From the NCBI RefSeq assembly GCF_001194135.2, contig NC_068995.1, positions 28,053,863 to 28,117,862 of the forward strand: a DNA stretch of 64,000 nucleotides, in the 5' to 3' direction. Shown here in pieces: positions 1-11,559 of the stretch. The translations under genes and the position numbers were made by a program. The notes below the pieces were generated by a model. It searched no databases and was not told the DNA's origin. It worked only from the letters and a program-made list of their open reading frames with translations. The first letter of the stretch is position 1, and each line of letters begins with the position of its first letter. Source of the DNA: Octopus bimaculoides. Its lineage: Eukaryota.

Positions 1-1500
1 GCTGCTCCTTGATAAACTTGTTTTCATAGTGGAATCTGTAACAGAATTAGAAAACAAATTCCTAGTGTGGAAGTGAATCCTAGAATCAAAGGGCCTTAAA
101 ATTAACTTATCAAAGACCAAAATTCTAGTAAGCATGAAAACTAGTAGGATTCTACTTCCTTCAAGTAAATAGCCCTGTTAAATATGTAGGAAAGGTGTAG
201 GCAGGAATCCCATACGGTATACTTAGTGAAAGCTATAGAGATACAAGAGAAGCAGTGGAATCACAGAGAAAGTAGTGCTCATGTGCAGAAAATGCACAGG
301 AGCCATAAAGACTATAGATATATAGAAAATTGATTTTCTTGAATGCCATGGAGACTCTCTCTAGAGATAGTTGATAATTTCTGTTACCTAGGTGACCTAA
401 TTAGCTGTGGAGGAGGATATTCCAGAAGGAGGATATTCCAGAAGGAGGATATTCCAGAAGGAGGATATTCTAGCTACTACAGTAGCTAGAATAAGAATAG
501 GATGGAGAAAATCAGAGAGCTTTTACTTTTGTTGACAACAAAGGGTTTCCCTCTCTAAATGAAAGAAATATCGTATGATATTGTGTATGAACTGCATTGC
601 TACATGGTAGTGAGACATGGGTCCTAAATGCAGAGGACATGTAAAGACAATAGATGAATGAAACTAGTATGCTCTGTTGGATGAGCAGTGTCAGTGTGTA
701 TGTATGACAAAGTGCCAGTGTATTGAGAGAAAAGTTATACATAAGAGAAATCAGATGTAGTGTGGAAGAGAAAAGACTACGAAGATTGGTCATGTGATGT
801 GTATCAATGAAGACAGTTGAATAATGAAGTGCTGAATGCTTAAAGTGGAAGTTGTGGAAAAGGGAGACCCAAGAAGACAAAGGACAAAGTCACCTTAAGA
901 AGATGATGATAAAGAACCAAGATGGTTGTTGTTTTGCTGTACTTGAGAAGACCCATCCACCAAAGTGGAAATGATATCCTAATAGTGCCTTAGTAATGTT
1001 TTATGTGTAGGGCTCTGTCCCACCTCCACTCTCTCAGCCCTATCAAGCATTTCTCCCACATTTTATCCTCTCACATTCATCACTTCTCTATCTATGAGAT
1101 TCAACTACTGCAATCACCTGAGGGCAGAATATGTACATACTACATCTCCTCTCTTTCCTCCCTGCTCCTAAAACCTCTTCCTTTTCTCATTACCTTTCCA
1201 CCAATCAGCTCCTTTCTGTGCCTTCAGCCAGTGTTCTCTCCCTGCTGCAATATTTCACCTTTAACAACTCTCTTATCTGCAGTGACTCTCAATTCACTCA
1301 CATATTTATCATAGCATCTCTGAGCCACTCCTTTTCACTTACTACAGTCACCTCTACCCCATCTCTAATGATCTCTCCTCACACTCTTAGGGAACTTCCC
1401 TCTGTCCCTACTCATCCTATCTACTCCTTTGTACCATTTCACTTACTACCCATCTATGATGGAGGCATAAAATGAGGGAGGGAAGTCATAACAGCAGTAT
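1..1500 (+). mobile_element. Degenerate RTE-clade LINE 3' fragment with pyrimidine-rich 3' UTR
   Basis: Homology to the RT C-terminus of the other RTE copies (gggccttaaaattaac..., tacatggtagtgagacatgg); the CT-rich 1000-1480 segment matches the reverse complement of 21300-21780. Confidence 0.75.
412..470 (+). repeat. 16-bp tandem repeat GGAGGATATTCCAGAA x3.7 within the RTE remnant
   Basis: Directly visible. Confidence 0.95.
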
Positions 1501-1864
1501 ATATTGAGAAATGTGTAAATGGACTTGAAAGATTACTGGGTGATGTCTTAGAGAAATCACATTATTGTTGGTGATACAGCATTCTATTGCAGCTATATGG
1601 CATGTGTTGGCGACTAAGTGACATGTGATGATGATTCACTCCTAAACTGAAATAGGTTCCCAGCCTCTGCATCATGGATGGTTATGTGGACAACTTCTAA
1701 TGAAAACCAGAGCTTTCTTCGATCACTATATTAAGAAAAAATGTTATTTAGATATCCTTTTATTTTAGTTGTTTACACTATTTTACGCTTGCTTATACAT
1801 TCAAAGTTCACAAATTTCCTTATTTAAATTAGGAAACATATTCCTTTTGATAATGTCAATATGA

Positions 1865-2200
1865 TTACAAAACTTCTTTGTAGATGATATTTTCTGTTTG
1901 GTCGACACTAATTTTCAAATTAGTGGAGTCTGTTGCTTTATTCATAGCGACGCATAACTGGCCAAGTGTAAACACCAGAGTGGGTAAAAATACACCTACA
2001 CAATCTGAAGCCTGGCCCTGTGTCTTGTTTGCTGTGAATGCACGAGCAGAATTTTTAGGGTTGCAAAATATCAAACTAAGACTTACCTCTCAGTGTTCTA
2101 TGTGAATAAGGTCTGGATGTTCTGGTACCATGGGTTATTTTGATTGACAAAACTGAGATGTAAACAACAGCCATTTCGAATCCTTCTTGAGACTGACATA
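1865..2200 (-). mobile_element. Helitron PIF1-helicase C-terminal remnant
   Basis: ARAFTANKTQGQASDCVGVFLPTLVFTLGQLCVAMNK matches the helicase motif AFAMTINKSQGQTL..VGVYL...VFSHGQLYVALSR. Confidence 0.85.
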
Positions 2201-2414
2201 CTTCAATAACCACTACATAATCACACACACTATATACTGACATACTTTTTCCATTTTATTTTCGCTATTGACTATCCTTGCGACCCCCTTTGATGGGGTC
2301 ATGAAAATCCAGAGCTACTTGTGGTCGATGAATTTTTAATAAAAATGTGATGGTAGTTTATCAATTCAAAAATCGATATCCATGAAATAATTTCTGATTT
2401 TTTAATGCTAAAAA

Positions 2415-4250
2415 TTATTGGGGCCCTGGAATATGTAACACACTGCCTAAATACCAATCTTGAGAAATTAAGCTTCTCAAAACCAGAAAGAAAGCTATTT
2501 TAATTCGAAGACTACAGACCCAATCTATCACTGGAACTGTAAAAATCTGTAAAACTTTCCAGAAGTTTATCATATAAATACATATGAGCATGTCATACAT
2601 ACATACAAACAGGGTTTACAGAAAGTATAAACAACATCACAGAGAAACTGTCCCCTTGGAATATGCCTCTGCAATACTGTATTCTCTCAGTGATAACACA
2701 GTCACTCCTTGTGTTTAATTTCAAGATGGTGGCCCGTGATGAAGTCAAGTCAGCTATGGCTTTGATTATGCTCACTGGAACTTTAGCACTGGAACAAAGG
2801 CTTTCATGTAGTCTAGCCACATTGAAACTAGGTTCCTTCTATGCTCCCACACCTCTGACATTACAGTTTTGTTGATTAACAAATGTATGTATGTATGCAT
2901 GTATGTGATTGTTCAGTTTTATTTCAAGATTTCGTGCCAATAGAGAAAGAGCCGCATTCTAACCTAGATTCAAAGCTCCTTCATTGGAATTTCAACATCA
3001 ACAACAGGGTATTTTTGTTAGTGTGTATGTATGACATGCTCATATATATTTAAATGATAATCTTCTGGAAAATTTTACAAATTTTTACAATTCCAGTGAT
3101 GGACTGGATCTGTAGTCTTCGAATTATAATAGCCTCCTTTCTGGTTTTGAGAAGCTTAATTTCAGAAGATTGATATTTAGGCAGTGTGTTACATATCCCA
3201 GAGCCCCAATAATTACAGGTATAAACCTGAACTTGTAATCTGGATAGAGTAACTGCAGATTTCTGAATAGTTCAGCATAGGTGTTCTCTTTTTCACTGAT
3301 CTTCAGCTTTATGTTAACATCCACTGGGCAGCTAATTTCCGCAACTGTACACAGTTTCTCTTCTCTATCCCAAATCATTATATCAGGTCTGTTGTGCTTA
3401 CATTTTATTGAGGTTTTCACTGGGACATTCCACCAGTTCTCCTTTTTATCATGAGTGTCTTATGGCTTCCACCATGCTGTGGGTTCTTATTTCTTTGTCC
3501 TTGGAGTTATCCTTCTGATGGATTTCATTATAGAGTATCTTAGCTACAACATTATGTCTCATCAGTAGATAATACCTTGATGAGATTTTCAGACAACTGC
3601 TTATGATGTGGGTGATATCTTCAGTGTTAACTCCACAAAGTCATTGGTTATCACATTTAACTGCTTTTCCTGCATTTCTATCCCTTTTGTGCATCCTGTT
3701 CCTGGATTGCAAATGAATACCCTTCAAAGTGGAAGGTAGTAATCCGGCTATCGGTCCATGATAGACTGCTTTCATGATCAAAGTTACTATCATCTCAGAG
3801 CTTTCGGATTTTTACATCATTGGCTCAGATCTCACCAAGTGTCCAATCCAATCAAGCAACCCAAATGTTGGTATGAGCACAGGCACTGCAAACACATTGT
3901 GGGCTACTGTTTTATTGAATGCAGAGAGTTCCGAGGTTCAAATTTTCTTTATTCAGCTGTAATATTCTTTAGTGACATGTGTTTTATTACAGGTGCCATT
4001 GTAAGATGTTTTCATCCACCTGTAACATTCTTTGTCAGATATAGGGGAAACAGTCAAATCATTGATGGAGACGTTGCTAGTCTGGTTTATAGTTTTCCCT
4101 CCTTTTCACAACCATACAATAATATTTATCCTAACGAAACTCCAATCCTACATCCTTTGAGAATGTTGTAACTAGGCCAAGGCTCTTTTTCATCTCATGC
4201 ATATTCTTTGCATAAAGTTTCAAGTCATCCACAAAGAAACAGTGTAAAAT
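2415..4250 (-). mobile_element. Rearranged fragments of an REL-endonuclease non-LTR retrotransposon (R4/Dong/NeSL-like)
   Basis: Minus-strand REL motif RPDIMIWDREEK...EISCP...EK...Y (3124-3420); RT motif RGIFQGDSFS (2610-2820); tail (TACA)n at about 2885; a second 3' end on the plus strand at 2415-2608. Confidence 0.85.
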
Positions 4251-4282
4251 TTTGATGTATGTGTATATATGCATGTATGTAT

Positions 4283-7200
4283 CATCCTCATCATTGTTTA
4301 ATGTCCACTTTCTATGCTAGCATGGGTTGGACGATTTGACTGAGGACTGGCGAATCGGATGGCTGCACCTGGCTCCAATCTGATCTGGATGCCCTCCCTA
4401 ATGCTAACCACTTCGAGAGTATAGTGGGTGCTTTTATGTGACACCGGCACGAGGGCCAGTCTGGCGGTACTGGCAATGGCCTCACTTAAATGTTGTTTTT
4501 TATGTGCCACCTGCACAGGTGTCAGTTCAGTGGCACTGGCAATGACCTTGCTTGAATGTTTTGTTCACATGCCACCAGCACAAGTGCCAGTAAGGCGACG
4601 CTGGTAACGATCATGATCAAATGGTGCTTTTTACGTGCCACTGGTACGGAAGCCACACAGCTGCTCTGGCAGTGATCCCGCTTAGTGCTGTTAGTGCTCC
4701 ACTGGTACAGGTGCCATTCATCGAATTTGGTTCAGTTTCGATTTCACTTGCCCCAACAGGTCTTTGCAAGCAGAGTTTAGTGTCCAATGAAGGAAGGTTG
4801 GTATGGGTGCCAGTTGTCGAATTTGGTTTGATTTCAATTTCACNNNNNNNNNNCACTTGCCCCAACAGGTCTTTGCAAGCAGAGTTTAGTGTCCAATGAA
4901 GGAAGGTTGGTATGGGTGCCAGTTGTCGAATTTGGTTTGATTTCAATTTCACTTGCCTCAACAGGTCTTTGCAAGCAGGGTTTTGTGCCCAAAGAAGGAA
5001 AGGTACACATAAGTGGGCTGGCTACACCCCTGGTAAAGGCCACAGGTTATGGTCTCACTTGTCTTGCCGGGTCTTCTCACGCACAGCATATTTCCAAAGG
5101 TCTCGGTCACTAGTCATTGCCTCGGTGAGGCCTAATGTTCGAAGGTCGTGCTTCACCACCTCATCCCAGGTCTTCCTGGGNNNNNNNNNNNNNNNNNNNN
5201 NNNNNNNNNNNNNNNNNNNNNNNNNNNNNNNNNNNNNNNNNNNNNNNNNNNNNNNNNNNNNNNNNNNNCTGTGGCACTTTTTCACACAGCTATCCTCATT
5301 CATTCTTGCCAAATGACCATACCAGTGCAGTCGTCTCTCTTGCACACCACAACTGATGCTTCTTAGGTCCAACTTTCCTCTCAAGGTACTTACACTCTGT
5401 CGTGTATGCACACTGACATTACACATCCATCGGAGGATACTGGCTTCATTCCTTGCGAGCTTATGCATGTCTCAGCAGCCACGGTCCATGTTTCACTGCC
5501 ATGTAGCATGGCTGTTCGTACACATGCGTCATACAGTCTGCCTTTTACTCTGAGAGGCCCTTTGTCACCAGCAGAGGTAAAAGCTCTCTGAACTTTGCCC
5601 AGGCTATTCTTATTCTAGCAGCTACACTTTCAGCGCACCCTCCCCCACTACTGACTTGGTCACCTAGGTAAAAGAAGCTATCAACTACTTCTAGTTTTTC
5701 TCCCTGGAATGTGACAGAAGTTGTTCTCTGCACATTTTCAGTGTTTATTGCTCCTGAACATCTGCCACATACAAAAACTATCTTCCTAGTTAACCTTCCT
5801 TTGATATTGCTGCACCTCATATGTGTCCAAAGCTTACACTGGGTACATCTTATAGAGTTTCTACCTACGCCTTTTCTACAGATCGAGCAGGCCCATGTAC
5901 CTGAAGGGGTTTGTGGTTTGTCTACCTTCCTACTTATTTGGACTTTGGTCTTAGCTAGGTTGACTGCAAGGCCCTTCAATTCTAATCCTTGCTTCCAAAC
6001 CTGAAACTTCTCCTCTAGTTCTGATAGAGCTCCCAGGGGCATCCTGTCTTGAATTCCTGTGTTATTGCCTGGAGGACTATGATAAATAGGAGGGGGCTGA
6101 GGACTGAACCTTGGTGGACTCTTACCTCTACCCAGAATTCTTCACTGTACTCGTTGCCAACCCTCACCTTACTGACAACGTCCCTGTACATAGCTTGCAT
6201 AGCTCTCACTAACCATTCATCTATCCCTAGTTTTCGCATTGACCAGCAGATAAGGGATCGGGATCCCCTGTCAAAGGCTTTCTCCATGTCAATGAAAGCC
6301 AGGTACAGAGGTGTAGTGAAACCTCTCTATCGGGTATTTATTTACGAATGATAACGTAGCAGCTAACATCTAGCTTTCAGCTGCTTGGACCCTGATTGGC
6401 TCTTATTTGCGTGGCATTTATCTTCAGTCCTGTTTCGTGCCAGGGTGCATACCGTCCAATCGTGGCCTTCTAATGTCACGTGAGAGAGTGTTTTCTACTG
6501 TTTCTTCAGCCCCTTTTTATCTATAAATAGCCCTGCTTCATCCATGCCAGTTGGTCTCGACTTTAGACCTCTTACAGCTCCAGCCAGTTTCCAGCGACGA
6601 CATCAACACCACCACCAGACTACACGCTACCAACAGCAACCACGGTTCCTTCTCAACACTGTTTGTGTGGATTGTTTCCACCTTGAAAATAACAGCCAGA
6701 ACCAACCTGCGAGGATCTTCTGTACCAAGTAACCGGTCGCAGCATCGACGCTCAACTTCACATACATGTGACACCTCAGCTCTGCTATTCAGCCACGACC
6801 TCGTGTACAAACATTCTACCTACTGTGTAACTCTTCTATGAACAGGTATTTTCTTATCTTTGTGTTCAGGACTCTTATAGTCTATGTTACAGACACTTTC
6901 CATGCTCTGTATTTCTCATTCACACACACACACATATTATTGTATACATACTCTTGTACAAGAAGGCCTGTCTTATATATAGTGTTACTTATATTGCCGC
7001 ATGCACGCACACACTGACACACTGTTGATCACCCTAATAAAGCTTACTCTCGATATATATCTAACGGTTGTGTCTCTCTCTTTCCTTGCTCGCATCTCAC
7101 ATGCGAGCCCTCTTATGTCGTATTATATGTTTTGTGTCGACCGTGTGACGTGTGAAAAAGAGCTTCTTTCGTTTGTCGCCGTCTCCTTTGGTTCGCATGG

Positions 7201-8830
7201 TCGTTCTCTTCAGAGGTTTATCTTTGGCTAGGTATTTCTCTTGCAGCTGTCTTACCAGAAATATAGCATCAGTGGTGCTTTTCCCTAGCATGAACCCAAA
7301 CTGCATCTCATCTAAACTGACTCTCTCCCTAATTAGTTGGGCTATGACCCTCTCTGTGACCTTCATTACCTGATCCAACAACTTGATACCTCTGTAATTA
7401 TTTGTGTCTAAAGCGTTACCTTTACCTTTGTAGCAGTTGACTATGGTGCTGCTACACCAGTCATTGGGTATGAATCCTTCGTGTATCACTCGGTTAACTA
7501 TATTTTGAGTCTCTGCAGTGAGTCTATTTTGAATCTCTGCAGTGATTCCTGATGAGCCGGGGGCTTTCCCTGTCTTCACACACTTGATTGCTTTATCTAC
7601 TGAGGTACTGTCAATTAGGATAGCTGGTCCCTCTGTTGGGTCGACATTCAGCAGACTCTCTGTCTCTCATTCATTCTCTTTATTGAGCAACCTTTCATAG
7701 TGGTGTCTCCAAATCTCTCTCTTTGCAGCCTTGTTTTGTTGCAAGTGAACCATCATCCACGCGGACACATTTCTCTCCTATGACATCACGATTCTCTCTC
7801 ACACACTGTCTTGCAAGACGAAATACTTCAAGTCTTTGGTCCTCATGGCACAGAACATTGGCAAATTTTTTCTTATCTGCTTCCCTTCTGGCTAAATAAA
7901 CCTGTCTCCTAGCTTCCCTTCTGGCCGTCTGATACAATTCCCTGCTACCACCGTTCTTCCAAGCCTGTTTCTTTTGTCTAATAGCCCTGTCAACCACATT
8001 GTTCCACCACCACGTTACCTTGGTTCGAGAGGGGACTTTGCAGCATCCACAGATCTGGTCAGTGGCTCTCAGCAGGTTGTCCTGTAGAAACCTCCAGTTG
8101 TCTTCCACATTATGTGATGCTATANNNNNNNNNNCTAACTACTAATCTATGTTGAAGGGTAAATTCTTCACCTGGGAAGGTTTTGGCATTTATAAGCAGC
8201 TCTCTTTCCCTTTGTCTGGCGAGGATGTAGTCAATTTGGCTAGTGTGTCTGCCAGAACGGTAGGTGACTAGGTGACAGGCAGGTTTCCTGAAGTTGGTAT
8301 TGCAAACCATAAGATCATTTGCATCGCAGAACTCCATCAGTCTGGTTCCCTCCTCATTGCGGGAACCAAAACCATAGCCTCCATGTATGCCATGGAAGCC
8401 CCCTGCATGTTGTCCAACATGTCCATTGAAATCACTAGCCACAAAGAGAAGGTCCCCGTCATTCGTCAACGAGGTAGTCTGCAATAGGGTGTCATAAAAT
8501 TGGTCATTCTGACCATCCAGCAGCCCTGGTTGAGGGGCATAGGCCGAGATATTGGTAGCTAACCTATGATGAAGTATTAATCTAATCTTAAGTATTCTGT
8601 CACATACTCTGACTACCTCGATTACCCATTTCTCCGCAAGAAGTATACCCATGCCCCCGACCCCATCAATGTTCCCTGCCCAGAAAATCTTGAAACTGTG
8701 TTCTTTGCCTGTGAGGAACCTAGCAGAACCTCCTCTCCACCTTACTTCTTGGATGCAGCACAAATCTACACGTCTCCGTTCAAGCATCTCAACAATCTCA
8801 CCAGACCTACCTTTCAGTGTGCCGACGTTG
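4283..8830 (-). mobile_element. Near full-length but defective RTE LINE (APE 8110-8787, RT 5055-7579, tandem-repeat 3' UTR, (GAT)n tail)
   Basis: APE motifs CCIQEVRWRG, SAYAPQ, DFNGHVG; RT motifs GKAPG, NYRGIKLL, QFGF, EKAFD, HQGSVLSPLLF; broken by frameshifts and an LTR insertion. Confidence 0.92.
6312..7212 (+). mobile_element. Solo LTR (901 bp) inserted in the RTE RT region
   Basis: Begins TG (tgtagtgaaa) and ends CA (tctcttca); flanked by a GAGG duplication (6308-6311, 7213-7216); removing it restores the sequence seen in the RTE copy near 46130; TATAAATA at 6522-6529 and AATAAA at 7036-7041. Confidence 0.85.
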
Positions 8831-9084
8831 AGTGTGCCAACTCTATCAGCAGAGAAATTGAAAATCGAGTAGGGGAAACAGAGTATTGCACTGGTTCATA
8901 TAGAGTTAGGGTCAGGGAGTTTGGCGAATCAGGTGGTAAAATCGAAGAGAGAGAGAGAGAGGGGTCCGAGTTAGGTGGACAGACAGTGAATACAACACGA
9001 GGAAGAATATTCTTTGGGATTTTGGGTAACATAATTTAATGAAACGGCAAATGCCGAAATCGTGAGATCTATGTACATATGTAT

Positions 9085-9165
9085 AAGGGTCAGCTGAAAA
9101 GTTCATAGGGTGACCAAGATACTCTTATGGAATGTGATCAAATGAGGTTTATTTTTCAATAAGTG
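9085..9165. mobile_element. Short mariner-like terminal fragment
   Basis: ggtcagctgaaaagttcatagg...gaccaagatactc...gaggtttatttttcaa resembles mariner terminal sequence (recognised from memory only). Confidence 0.45.
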
Positions 9166-9371
9166 TTTTAATGATCTCAAAACTAAAAGAAAGGCAAAAG
9201 ACAAATGATATTGCTGGATTTTCTCCAGGCTACATTTTAATGGGTATCATGGACTACTATAACAATAACCAGCCTACCTGAAATTACATTATAATATTTG
9301 CATATTGACCAGGGGCACTTTCACATAAGCTAAAAAATAAGTTTAATTATTCAACTCCAACTTTTCTAGTT

Positions 9372-10098
9372 TCATCCCAAAGATAAAGACAATGCACTTT
9401 CTTGATTGGGAAGAGAACCATGTGCTTCACTGGTAGGATTGGAAGCAACATCACTTAAGCTTAATGATTTCCTTTGATTTGCTTGTAAAATAACTCTTCC
9501 CTCATTAGAATCCAGAGTTAAGGTATTTTTTTTGCACTGAAGGAAGTGTTGCTCTACAGTTTCTGCAACAGTCATCTTTTTCTGATCTGATCCTGAAGTT
9601 TCAGCAGTAGCAACTGAGATGCTAGGCCAGTTATCAAGAGTTTGATGTCCATCAGTTACAGAGAGTATTGAAAAGCATGAGTTTGTAATACTATTTAAAG
9701 TTTCAATAAAAAATTGGTCATGTTTAACATCTGTTTTGTTAGTTGAGCTATGTGATGTCTCAGGGGAAGTTCTATCATTAGTGGTTTGTGACTGTTTACA
9801 AATGTCTTTTTGATTTGGACTAGAAAATGGAAATAATATAGAAGTAGGGTTTGAATTTGTTGTCATAAATTCATCTGGTAGATGTGTAGAATTTGATGTT
9901 TCTATTATCTTCTCTAAATTATCAGGTTTTTCATAGAAGTGTTGTTTACTTATATAACTTCCTTCTAAATCAGTGAAAGATCTCTTCACTATGTTTTCAT
10001 CCATGTCATCCAAAGGCTCCAAAGGGCAATGATAAACTGCAATGATTGTTGGAGACATTTTGGATTCTTGAAATGCTGATACTGTTGTCACATTGAAT
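9372..10098 (-). CDS. CEP97: Terminal coding exon: FN3 F/G strands (FNVTTVSAFQESKMS) plus S/T-rich low-complexity tail, TGA at 9374-9372
   Basis: Acceptor ttattctcttttattctaactag| at 10099; 727 nt uninterrupted frame (ORF 9372..10232); phase 2 matches the previous exon across a 138-nt intron. Confidence 0.85.
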
Positions 10099-10236
10099 CT
10101 AGTTAGAATAAAAGAGAATAATTTATTAAATATGATAAGGACATAAAGAAAGTGAACATTATAACTAAAGAAACCAATGAAATAATGAAAAATACCATTA
10201 AATAAACAATTAAAATTCTTTTTAAGATTCACTTAC

Positions 10237-10333
10237 TTATAAGTTAATGATGGAATTAAGTCTGAAATTATAATTCTAGTCTGTGATTTAGGCACAAGAG
10301 CTTTTGGTTGCCCATTAATGTATATTTTGAAAC
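10237..10333 (-). CDS. CEP97: FN3 middle exon (GFKIYINGQPKALVPKSQTRIIISDLIPSLTYK), phase 1->2
   Basis: Acceptor cttctgttgcag|, donor TATAA|gtaagt; 97 nt; GFKIY and L.P...Y are FN3 consensus motifs. Not in the ORF track. Confidence 0.88.
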
Positions 10334-10591
10334 CTGCAACAGAAGATTTGAAAGATTTATAAAGAGCTTTTCAGAATCAATTTGCTTCTCCATAGAACTA
10401 GTAGTTGTGTTTAGTTTGTCTAACATTATGCAATTATGAAATAAATCTTCACCTGGGTAGACTGAAAGACAGTCAAAAGTGAATTTTCCTCACAACCAGA
10501 TGAATATATATGAAGACGGGAAATACAAACTCCAGCAAACACACACATCCTACCTAGAAAAACTAATCATTTGGGAAGGATGCCAATAATA

Positions 10592-11348
10592 CAGGGTGTC
10601 CCAAAAGTCACTGATGGGTTTCAATTTTTAGTAACTTCTTAATTTTACAAATAAATGCATGAAATCTTGATACAATATAAATGACATAATGGAAATTAAT
10701 ATGCACAAGTCAAATTTTGCAACACCACTGAATCACATATGAAAAATGACATCGCTTAAATGGCAACCATTTTCCAAAACTTGCACCATAATACCCTGAA
10801 GAGTTTTAGATCTCACTTCTCTGATTTCTCTATTGATGTTCTTCAGTTGCACCAGAGTCTCTGGCTTGTTGACGTAAACACTCTCTTTCAGATATCTCCA
10901 CAAAAAAAAATCTGGTCTAACCAAGTCTGGGGAACATGAAAGCCAGTTGACATTGCCGTAGCAGGAGATTATTCTCTCTCCAAAGCACTGCTGTAGAAAC
11001 TGCATTGTTTCTCTTGCGGCATGAGCAGTTGCCCCATCTTGCTAGAACCATGTGTGAGGTCTACTTTGAATGGCCGGGTGCAAAAAGGTCTCAATCATGG
11101 ATACCTGAAAGAAAGGGTTGACATCAACAGATTGGAGACCCTGGTGCAACTGAAGGAGAACATCAACAGAGAAATCGGTGCAAGCTTTGATGTCATTTTT
11201 TTGCATGTGATGTAGTGATGTTGCAAAATTTGACTTGTACATATTAATTGCCAATATGTCCCTTATATTGCATCAAAATTGCATGCATTTGTAAAATTAA
11301 GGAAGTTATTAAAAATTGAAACCCTTCAGTGACTTTCGGGACATCCTG
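10592..11348. mobile_element. Foldback derivative of a DD41D (rosa/Visitor-type) Tc1/mariner element
   Basis: CAGGGTGTCCC...GGGACATCCTG ends flanked by TA; long inverted arms; transposase C-terminus on both strands; WF*QDGATAH to SPDLVRPD gives 41 residues between the catalytic Ds. Confidence 0.85.
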
Positions 11349-11559
11349 TACATGAAAGTAATCACAAGGCAGTAACTTTGCTTATTATAGGATATATTAT
11401 TAGTGCCGTTGCACTGTTGAATACTCTAAGTTGGTTATTTCTATATATTAATACAAATAAATTATTATTATTATTTCGTATACACACAACAGATGAGACT
11501 GTTGGTAAAAAAAAACACTTCTTAACATCGAGCTACAACAAGTAACCTTAGATGCTAAG

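Noticed and set aside
4740-4960. Near-identical duplication flanking a 10-N gap (also 57460-57620)
   Set aside because: Typical scaffolding overlap artefact rather than a real tandem duplication.
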